Source: Octopus sinensis (lineage: Eukaryota). From it: DNA of 64,000 bases. Positions 53,918 through 63,870 of the stretch are shown piece by piece. The stretch is from positions 59,644,001 to 59,708,000 of the forward strand of contig NC_043000.1 of the NCBI RefSeq assembly GCF_006345805.1, read 5' to 3'. The notes beneath the pieces are model-generated. The model ran no database searches and was not told the DNA's origin. It saw only the letters and a list, made by a program, of their open reading frames with translations. The translations under genes and the position numbers were made by a program. Within the stretch, counting starts at the first letter, position 1. Every line of letters begins with the position of its first letter.

Positions 53918-53919
<2 letters not shown>
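53661..53919 (-). mobile_element. RTE 3' UTR in a TA tract
   Basis: Shares diagnostic variants with 1951-2221. Confidence 0.88.
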
Positions 53920-53956
<37 letters not shown>

Positions 53957-54072
53957 GGTCCCGGGTTGAGTCGGGGTTAACCACAGTAAATAAGGTACTC
54001 AATACATAGCAGAGTAAATTAATTTATTTTATAGAAGCTCCTTCTATAAAATATATATATATATATATATAT

Positions 54073-55630
54073 AAGACCAAAGTACTAATAAGTAGGAAGG
54101 TAGACAATCCACAAATGTCTTCAGGAAGATGGCCCTGCTCGATCTGTAGAAAAGGTGTAGGTAGAAACTCTATAAGATGTACCCAGTGTAAGCTATGGAC
54201 ACATAAGAGGTGCAGCAATGTCAAAGGTAGGCTAACTGTGAAGATAGTTTTTGTATGTGGCAGATGCTCGGGAGCATTAACCTCCGAAAATCTGCAGAAA
54301 ACAACTTCCGTCACTTTCTAGGGGGAAAAACTAGAAGTAGTTGATAGCTTCCGTTATCTAGGTGACCAAGTCAGTAGTGGGGGTGGGTGCGATGAAAGTG
54401 TAACTGCTAGAATAAGAATAGCCTGGGCAAAGTTTAGGGAGCTCTTACCTCTGCTGGTGACTAAAGGCCTCTCGCTCAGAGTAAAAGGCAGACTGTATGA
54501 TGCATGTGTACGAACAGCCATGCTACATGGCAGTGAAACATGGGCCGTGACTGCTGAGGACATGCGTAAGCTTGTGAGGAATGAAGCCAGTATGCTCCGA
54601 TGGATGTGTAATGTCAGTGTACATACTCGACAGAGCGTTAGCACCTTGAGAGAAATGTTGTACCTAAGAAGCATCAGTTGTGGTGTGCAAGAGAGACGAT
54701 TGCGCTGGTATGGTCATGTGGCGAGAATGGATGAAGATAGGTGTGTGAGAAAGTGCCAATCCCTAGCAGTTGAGGGAACCCGTGGAAGAGGTAGACCCAG
54801 GAAAACCTGGGACGAGGTGGTGAAGCACGACCTTCGAACTTTAGGCCTCACTGAGGAAATGACCAGCGACCGAGACCTTTGGAAATATTCTGTACGTGAG
54901 AAGACCAGGCAGGACAAGTGAGCCCAGCCCACTTATGAATGCCTTTCCTCCCTTGGACACAAAGACCTGTTGAGGCAAGCGAAGTCGATATAGAACCTCA
55001 TCCGACGACAGACACCCATGCCAACCCCCTCTGCTTGCGAAGACATGTTGGGGCAAGCGAAATCGAAACCGAATTGAACCAGCCAGGATCCCTGGTCTGG
55101 TGGTACGTAAAAAGCACTATCCGACTCGTGGCCGATGCCAGCGCCGCTTCGACTGACTTCCGTGCTGGTGGCACGTAAAATACTCCAATCCGACCGTACG
55201 ACAGGCACCCATGCCAACCCCCTTTGCTTGTGAAGACATGTTGGGGAAATCGAAATCGAATTGAACCAGCCAGGATCCCTGGTCTGGTGGTATGTAAAAA
55301 GCACTATCCGACTCGTGGCCGATGCCAGCACCGCCTCGACTGGCTTCCGTGCCGGTGCCACATAAAATACACCAATCATACAGTCTGCCTTTTACGACCG
55401 TGGCTGTTGCCAGCCTCGCCTGGCACCTGTGCAGGTGGCACGTAAAAAGCACCCACTACACTCACGGAGTGGTTGGCGTTAGGAAGGGCATCCAGCTGTA
55501 GAAACATTGCCAGATTAGACTGGAGCCTGGTGCAGCCTTCTGGCTTCCCAGAACCCCGGTCGAACCGTCCAACCCATGCTAGCATGGAGAACGGACGTTA
55601 AACGATGATGATGATGATGATGATGATGAT
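54073..55630 (+). mobile_element. Young 5'-truncated RTE LINE: PHD, RT end, C-terminus, full 3' UTR, (GAT)n tail
   Basis: ORFs 54115..54321 and 54457..54921 are in the same frame, separated by one TAG (54319-21); ~190-nt tandem duplication in the UTR. Confidence 0.95.
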
Positions 55631-55649
55631 ATATATTAATTAAATAATG

Positions 55650-55927
55650 GGAGATGGATTTGGTATTAAATCTTTCTTGGGTACAACACATTTTGATCCA
55701 TCAGTCTGGGCTTCATCAAGTACATCAATAAAGATGTGACTCACTACAGGTTTTTAATGTTGGTTGACTTATTATATGTCCCTAACTTGATGGACTTACA
55801 GCAACAAGTCAGCCAATATTAAAAACTGTAGTAAGACACATCTTTATTGATGTACCTGAAGGGATCCAGACTGATGGGTCAAAGCATATGTTGTACCCAA
55901 TAAAGATTTAATACCAAATCCATCTCC
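55650..55927. repeat. Foldback element: ~121-bp inverted arms with a 35-nt spacer (MITE-like)
   Basis: 55650-55770 pairs with 55806-55927 with scattered mismatches. Confidence 0.9.
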
Positions 55928-55934
55928 TGTAAAT

Positions 55935-56169
55935 ATTTATTTCTTTATTGCCCGCTGGGGGCTAAATATAGAGGGGATAAACAAGGACAGACAAAAGAAT
56001 TAAGTTGATTACATCGATACCAGCGCAAAACTGGTACCTATTTAATTGACCCTGAAAGGATGATAGGCAAAGTCGACATCAGCGGGATTTGAACTCAGAA
56101 GGTAACGGCAGACGAAATACCACCAAGCATTTCATCTGGTGTGCTAACGATTCTGCCAGCTCGCCGCGT
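55935..56169 (-). mobile_element. SINE A2
   Basis: Matches 49219-49450. Confidence 0.85.
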
Positions 56170-56439
56170 TCCTGTTAATTAATATTATTACCCTAACTGC
56201 CACTGCAGAGCTCCTGACGTAAATCCAACGGAAGTGTACCACAACTGCAGATGAAAACAGGTAGCCTAAACTGTGCTGGTGCTCTCCTCAACATTAAAAC
56301 ACACGAATTACTTACACTTATTTGGCCAAATTATTTATTATTATTACACACACACACAAACACATATATATACATACACACATGCACACACTATTTTCTT
56401 TATATAATAATAATCATCATCATCATAATAATAATAAAA

Positions 56440-56970
56440 CTGCTACCCACAAAAATCCTGCCTGGAAGTGTTATGTATATGTTTTGTTTTGGTATAAAAG
56501 ATGGGCTACAACAAATATTCTGCTCAGTACCACAGATTTGCTTCTCAGTTGTTTAACTAAGTTGAGCATGTCCCTTGGTGGCTGTATGTGCATCTCTGAT
56601 CATGAGCAGAACTAGTTGGGGAGTATCATAGCCATGAGTTGAGAGGAATTCTTTCAGGTTTGATTAATTCACCTCTGGCAACATGGGTGTTTTGTTCATC
56701 ATCTTAAACAACCCTATTGAGGGACCTTTTTGAGCAGGATGGGCCACTTGATCTGAAGAAAATTCTAACTGGACCCCACCTGCAAGGTCATGCACTGTTT
56801 ATCTTGATAGAAAATCACCATGTTACACACATATGGTTGTGATGCATGTGCCTGGTGTACCCTTGTCAGATGGGTAGTCATGATGGGTATATTGGGTTTT
56901 GTATATTTGTACTCCAGTGTCACTTTGATGGCATGCACTGCTCTCTCATTCAATCATAATAATAATAATA
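56440..56970 (+). repeat. Unclassified non-coding element ending in (AAT)n, possibly a LINE 3' UTR (R4/Dong-like)
   Basis: GC-raised block with a simple-repeat tail; single copy in this window, so the class is inferred. Confidence 0.35.
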
Positions 56971-56974
56971 ATTA

Positions 56975-57126
56975 TTATTTACATTTACATTATTTACATT
57001 ATTTACGGATATTTGTCCTCATCTTTGTTGTTAACACAACATTTCAGCTGATATACCCTCCAGCCTTCATCAGGAAATTTTGAACCTGGGTTCTCATTCC
57101 TAAGGTATTTTTCGATGTTGTTGTTG

Positions 57127-57168
<42 letters not shown>

Positions 57169-57227
57169 TCACTGCTTGGAATCGAACTCAGAATCTTGGG
57201 GTTAGTAGCCTGCGTTCTTAACCACTA
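56975..57227 (-). mobile_element. tRNA-headed SINE-like element with an (AAT)n(AAC)n linker and a Penelope-type hammerhead-like 3' part
   Basis: A-box end tagtggttaag, B box gagttcgattcc (57165-57227); CTGATGA-A-GGCTG-loop10-CAGCT-GAAA at 57073-57042; (aaataatgt)n tail. Confidence 0.65.
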
Positions 57228-57674
57228 ATAGAATCATTTGCATGATCAGATGTAACAATGAACAAGCAACCCTACTGATTCCAAAGGGGAGGGAATATGA
57301 ATGAAGACAAGTACATGCTGTTACTATGAGAAGGACCATAATTGGAAAATAATGGATTCTAGGATTACAAAGTTGATTGCTAACCTGACTGGTGAGGGTT
57401 TGATCATTCTACAATATTAATCATACTTCCTAAGATTACCTAAAAAATGTCAGCAAACTCTATGCCTTGTTGATTCTTAAGTCAATCAGCTAATCAAAAT
57501 CTGTACTACATGGAGGGTGTAAATACCCTGCAAGAGAGGCAACCTTCTCTCTTTATCTAAACCAGTCATTAGCCAACTTTAAGTTTTCCACCATCTTCCT
57601 CCCTGTCCTTCATATTGCTCAACCACCCACTCCTTAGTCTTCTTTTACTCTGTGTATGTGTATGTCTGTGTGTA

Positions 57675-57720
<46 letters not shown>

Positions 57721-59942
57721 CATGCATGAACCATGCACACACACATACATACAAGCACAAACACAAGTGTGGTATCATAATTGTAGTCAAGTTGCTCTTT
57801 TGTAACTTAAGAGTTACATATCTATAGCAAAATCTTTGCTTATAAGTAATAAACAAATGTATTTCAGAAACTTCATGAACTCTTATTTGTGTTCGCATGT
57901 ATGTCTAAGAGTGCACGTGTTAAAAGATTTTTTTAAATTATACCGACAAAGAAATTTTTAAAATTCTGGCAAGTAGAGCTTATTCCAAATAAAGCAAAAC
58001 AGAGCATAGACACAGAAAGTTTTAATATGAGAGTAGTTATTGCAGTCATTTAACCATTTTACAAGAGTTTCTACTTCTCTGAATTAGGTAAAGTCTTCTG
58101 AATTAAACAATTTCAAATGTTCATGAAAACCAGGACCTAATGAATGATTTAATGATTGTGGTATTATGAGGGGATTAATTACTATAATGGAATTAATTTG
58201 ATCAATACATAGATCTCTTAAACAGTTTATAAAAATATAATAAAACTTCCTGATTTTTCTTTTCAAAAATATGCAAGAAACAATCCTATGCTATGACCCT
58301 AAAATTATTCTGGTATATCATAGATGTAGATATGCTTGCAGTGGGGAGTCCCATTTTATAGGAATGTACTTCCTCACTATACAGGATTCTGAGTGATGTT
58401 AGATGGCTAGATGAAAATATTTCAGGAGTGGCAAACTGATAAACAGCTAACAGATGTGGAATATAAAGATTTTATATAACTTAAATGCATTACATTTACA
58501 TACAATGTATATTGCTTTTTAAAGAAAAGAAATTGGTTGTAATCAGAAGGATAATTGCAATCAGTCTCTATGTGTTATCTCAATATTGAGACTGATGGAC
58601 TAGAGGGATCTTCCATCAACTCAATAATCTTTTTAAATTTTGACAACAACATAGAAAAATAAAGCTTTTTTGGGTATATGAAGTTTATATATAACAACAA
58701 TAATCCTGTCAATTAAGTTTCATTTCCTTAAAGTGACATCAGCCATACAGGTATGAATGTCCATATTACAAAAATAATTGTAGTAACATTTTGCTTTCAT
58801 TAATGAAACAAAATTGTAAACAAATAGCAATCACAAGTGTTGTTGACAGCCCCTAAACAAGCAGATTTATGAGCACAGTTATCATCACATCTTTTTCCTC
58901 CTACACTCTTAAAGCTTCTATTACTGCATTATACAATGTGAATGTACTTTTTAAGACAAGATGTAATTTGAGAGAACTTTGTCTGCTATATCTAATAGTT
59001 CAGGCAACTAGGTAGAGGCTCCCTTGCTGGCTTGCAATAGCAAGTACATTTGAAGATGTGATATAATAGAAAAATTAGTGTCAAAATGTTAATCAATATT
59101 ATTAATAAGATGTAAGCAAACAAAGTTTTTGCCATTTTATCATAACAGAATATTAATGATCAAGCAGTAATTTGAGATTTTCTTACCTAAATGTTTGAAT
59201 AATAATTTTTTTTGCTTTTGACTGTTAAATAAGTGTCATAGCATTTCTTTTTTTAAGGGCTTCCAAGAATGTGGAGGATCAAGAGAGAGAAAGATCTTTA
59301 GAGTAGAGATCTAACCTGAATGCTTACTTCAAGCTGAACACCACTAAAGACACCTAAGGAAGAGGTAGTGGTGTGAAATTGGGCAACAATTTAAGTCTAC
59401 CACTCAAAGTAACACCTCTTACACAAACAACTGTATCAGTTTGAAAATTAAACATTTACTCCATCTGTTTTTAATTAACAATTTCTTAAAATATACACTT
59501 AAAACTACACCACAAGCTGTTCTAATGAACCTGTATCATATAATTTTAATAAAAACACATGTGTAAACAAATGTGGCATACACACACACATATTTCCTCT
59601 CTCCCTCCCTTTCTTTCTCTCACACACTCACAGACTACAATTGAAAATATCAATTCTTATAAATTCAAACCAAGACAACAAAAGAAGAAACTAAATTCCA
59701 ATTTAATTTTTAGAAATTTAATTTCTACAAAAGTAGAAATTAAATTTCAAGTTTGGTTTCATTAATTGTTTTTCAATTAATGGCCAGAACCAAAAAAAAA
59801 AAAGGTTTTTAACAAACTACAATATATCCCATTTTTAATCACACAAAATTAAATTATGTTTATTCAACTATTCAATAGCAAAAAATTATAATTTTTGCCT
59901 TGACAATTAATAACACCAAGAACAATAACAACAACAACAATA

Positions 59943-60553
59943 ATAATGGCTTCTGATTTAAGGACAAGGCCAGCAGTTTTGAAGGGAAGAGCTTAGTTGA
60001 TACTATCAACCCCAGTACATCACTGGTTCTATATTTCACTGACTCAGGAGGGGTGAAAAACAAAACTGACATTGGAGGAATTTGAACTCATGAAATAAAG
60101 AGCCAGAATAAATATCGCAAAATATTTTGTCCAAAATTAACAAATCTGCCAAATTATAATAATAGTAAAGATTTCTGATTTAGACACAAAACCAGGAATT
60201 TTAGGAAAGGAGATTAATCGATTACATTGACTCTAGTGCTCAACCAGTACTTATTTTATCAACTATGAAAGGTTGAAACACAAAGTTTACCATGGTAGAA
60301 TTTGAACTCAACAAATAAGAAGCCAGAAGAAAATGCTATTAATTATTTTATCTGATGTACTAACAATTCTGCCAGTTCATTGCCTTAATAATATTAATAA
60401 TCTTTTCTACAAAAGGTACACAACATAAAATTTTGGTGGAAGGGGATAGTCAGTTACACTGACCCCACTAAACTGGTACTTATTTTATCGACCCCAAAGG
60501 GATAAAAGGCAAAGTCAACCTCAGTCAAATTTGAACCCAGAATGTATAGAGCC

Positions 60554-60591
<38 letters not shown>

Positions 60592-60790
60592 TTCAAGTTT
60601 TGGCACAAGGACAGCAATTTTGCAGGGGAGATAAGTCAATTACATCGATCCCAGTGTTCAACTGGTACTCATTTTATCAATATTGAAAAGATGAAAGGAA
60701 AACTCAATGGAATTTGAACAAAGAACATAAAGACAAATGAAATGTCACTAAACATGCTGACATGCTAATGATCCTATCAGCTCGCCACCC
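59943..60790 (-). mobile_element. Four head-to-tail SINE A copies separated by (AAT)n
   Basis: Copies at ~59943-60150, 60168-60388, 60400-60552 and 60592-60790; each has aatttgaac and the central domain. Confidence 0.8.
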
Positions 60791-60799
60791 TAATAATAG

Positions 60800-60816
60800 T
60801 AGTAGTTATAATGATG

Positions 60817-60868
<52 letters not shown>

Positions 60869-60885
60869 TAATAATAATAATAATA
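60800..60885. repeat. (AAT)n microsatellite
   Basis: Direct reading. Confidence 0.95.
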
Positions 60886-61365
60886 GATATATTAATTTTA
60901 TGTATTTAGATATAAAAAGTTACAAAAAAAAAATAACAAATGTCACAAATGTTCATGAGATTTTTTATCAATTTACAGCCTTGAAACTTTAATCTATACT
61001 ATGAAGCTAATTTTGAACAAATATATGACAACAATTAAAAGGAAGAATAATAAAAATACAGACACATCCATACATACATGCATGTATACAGTAGCAGTAA
61101 CTACTGACATCACGTGTTACTCATCGGAAAGTGCTGTGCAGATTTGTAAATTGTGTATTAAGTAACTTTGAAAAGCTAGCCACCACCCTTAACCCTACCC
61201 TAATTGTCATTGGCAGCGTCACCACCATCATCACGGGTTACCATAAAAAAAGGATGTTCTCCTCCCCACAAAACATGTTGCTTCTCATGGAAAATAACAA
61301 AGGAAGCAACATAAATGAACTTAAGTGTATGGATTCAATTTTAGCTTTTGTTTTTCAAATGAATC

Positions 61366-61387
61366 AGACAGACAGACAGACAGACAA

Positions 61388-61443
<56 letters not shown>

Positions 61444-61444
61444 G
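61366..61444. repeat. (GACA)n(GATA)n tract
   Basis: Direct reading. Confidence 0.95.
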
Positions 61445-61561
61445 CTGATAGTCAAACAGGAAGGGGAGAGAGAGAGAGCGAATGGGAAGAATAAAGAAAA
61501 AATATGTTAGGGGTAGGGGAATAAAAACAAATAGAATTTTCAAAGAAAAATCGTAATTTAC

Positions 61562-61651
61562 CTCAATAGTCCGAAGCATTATACTCCAGCTGATCATTTG
61601 TATTTTTGTTATGTAATGGACAGCTGTGCTCCCATATAAATCAGTGGTCAT
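61562..61651 (-). CDS. Probable first coding exon of the same gene (MTTDLYGSTAVHYITKIQMISWSIMLRTIE)
   Basis: ATG at 61651 (gggtATGa), 30 open codons, donor GAG|gtaaat at 61562/61561. Phase 0 matches the acceptor at 38850, giving ...LRTIE-LLAEISELDE. It sits in unique, GC-raised sequence. Inferred intron 38851-61561. Confidence 0.55.
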
Positions 61652-61846
61652 ACCCGTTGGTGCTGGTGTTGCTGTGGTGCTGCTGCTGTCAGCAGAGCCA
61701 CTGAATATGTCATCACGAGAGTAATAATCTTGTTTCTCCCAAACAAACCAGGGGAAACTACATCTGCAGCAGCACAGCACTTCTTGCACTGCCTGTCTAC
61801 TAAACAGTCAAATCCATCCGAATGCTGCTGCACAATGGTGTTGCAT
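61648..61846 (-). promoter_or_regulatory. Putative 5' leader with four AUG uORFs
   Basis: 61846-61808 MQHHCAAAFGWI*; 61817-61800 MDLTV*; 61763-61758 AUG-UAG; 61713-61648 MTYSVALLTAAAPQQHQHQRV*, whose TGA overlaps the main ATG. Confidence 0.45.
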
Positions 61847-62619
61847 TCGACCACAGACTGTAAAACGACAGTGTACACAATAACACATACACGTGTGTGT
61901 GTGCGAGAGTGTGTGTTATGTGTTATATATAGTTCACTCTGATACAATATACCCCCATCATAAACAGCAGTATATCCCAAGTCAGTGATGCCATTTTCCC
62001 TACCCTTCTTTCTGTATACTCCTCTCTGTTTCTGAGAATATGATCTATATACAAATACACACAGACACACAACACAAAGAGTCAGTCACTAAATTACTTA
62101 GTAAGGAGAAAGCAAAAGAGGAGGGTATCTAACTGAAAGCAGTTCCTATGTGGTATTTTCCTTTCGTGAGTAACAGACTTTAGTTAAGTGAAGCAACACA
62201 GAAAGATACCGGTGGACCCATGAGAAGCCACAGACAGTGAGTATGAGTGGAGGGGAAAGAAAAGCAAGCAAGCAAGAAAGCAAGTAACAAGCAGGTTCTT
62301 TGTATAAGGAAACTAAATCTATTCTGGCATTTCAGAATTTAATCTTTTCTCCCACCCAAATAAAAAACAAAACAAAACAAACATAAAAAACAAAAACTGT
62401 GATCACCAAAATATCTCTCCTGCATCTACTTTCGAAATCAGCAAATGACAGAGAGATAGACAGGGAAAATACAAAATAATAGAGAGAGATGAATGGAGTG
62501 AAAGAGCATGACATGTATCAAAAGATATATAGGTGTGCTAAATTTAAACTTTGTTGCATGCAGATATGTAAACAAAACAGAAATATAAGTCTTCTCAAAT
62601 TGATTGATTTCCTCTTTGT

Positions 62620-62772
62620 ATATCTATCTATCTATCCATCTACCTACCTATAATCTATCTATCTATCTATCTACCTATCACCTATCTATCTATCTATCTA
62701 TCTACCTACCTATCATCTATCTATCTATCTACCTACCTACCTATCATCTATCTATCTATCTACCTACCTATC

Positions 62773-62825
<53 letters not shown>

Positions 62826-62925
62826 CCTACCTACCTATCATCTATCTATCTACCTATCATCTATCTATCTATCATCCGTCCTTCTATCTATCTATCTATC
62901 ATCCGTCCGTCCGTCCGTCCATCCA
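62620..62925. repeat. Long compound (TATC)n/(TACC)n/(TCCG)n tract
   Basis: Direct reading. Confidence 0.95.
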
Positions 62926-63384
62926 TCTGTGTATGTGCATGCTTTTATACACACATACACACTCTTATTTATATATATATATATGCTTGTTTGTGCATGT
63001 GTGCGCACATACATGAATACATACATTCAGATATATGCACACACACAAAACCTCCTTCACTCAGTTTAACATTACTACTTGGTCCTTCCCTGGCCTTAAC
63101 TGAGCCCATTCTGTTGCTAACATTTGGAGCAGGATTTATACAAGGATAATTTATCCCCATTGTCTCACTCACCTATCAGAGAGACTTTGTGGACAGATAA
63201 ACACACACACATTTAACATATGGGCCTCACTGAATAGATGACAAAGAACTGGGGCTTGTGGTGATTTGCTGTACTAGAGAAGACATGATAAGCAATGTAA
63301 AATTGTGGCCATCCATACATACAGGCATGTCCTTTGCGGCAATGCCTCCACTTCCTCTCCCAGCTGAGAGGTCTTTGCCTAGCA

Positions 63385-63640
63385 GGTGCTGGTGCTATGT
63401 AAAAGGTACTCATGCCAGTACCACATAGAATTCACTCAGTTTGGTGCCATGTAAGTGCATCTGTGCTGGTAGCACATAAAAAGTATCCAGCATACTCTGT
63501 AAAGTAGTTGGCATTAAGAAGATTATCCAGTTGTAGAAACAATGCCAAAACAGACAAATGGAATCTGGACAGCTCTTCGGCTCCTGTCAAACCGTCCAAC
63601 CCATGCCAGCATGGAAAATGGGCATTAAATGATGATGATG
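63385..63640 (+). mobile_element. Decayed RTE 3' UTR
   Basis: ccaacccatgccagcatggaaaa...(gat)n. Confidence 0.75.
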
Positions 63641-63681
63641 GTGTGTGTATGCATGTGTGTGTGTGTGTGTGTGTATCTATA

Positions 63682-63870
63682 GCATCATAATCATCATTTA
63701 ATGTCTGTTTTCCTTGCTGGTATGGGTTGGAAGGTTTGATAGGAGCTGGCCAGTTGATTGGCTGTTCAAGCTCTTTATCTGTTTTGGCATGGCTTCTACA
63801 GCTGGATGCCCTTCCTAACACAAACCATTTTACAGAGTGTAATGGGTACTTTTACACAGTAGCAGCATGA
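63682..63870 (-). mobile_element. Decayed RTE 3' UTR, tail-to-tail with the previous copy
   Basis: ggatgcccttcctaac motif and (cat)n tail. Confidence 0.75.

Noticed and set aside
59943-60790. CRISPR-like repeat/spacer appearance (also the RTE UTR modules)
   Set aside because: Eukaryotic context; the units are 150-220-nt diverged SINEs with simple-repeat spacers; no cas genes.
61180-61203. Telomere-like TTAGGG variants
   Set aside because: Only three imperfect units, which is compatible with chance.
61562-61651. Faint likeness of LYGSTAVH..ISW..L.TI to the AKAP13/ARHGEF28 N-terminus
   Set aside because: Too short and weak to support a gene name.
1777-63149. Many 60-180 aa ORFs with poly-I/N/Y, CVCV, HTHT, IYIY or LSIY runs (for example 62604..63149, 53208..53678, 23417..23839)
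   Set aside because: They are translations of microsatellites or antisense and off-frame readings of RTE/SINE copies.
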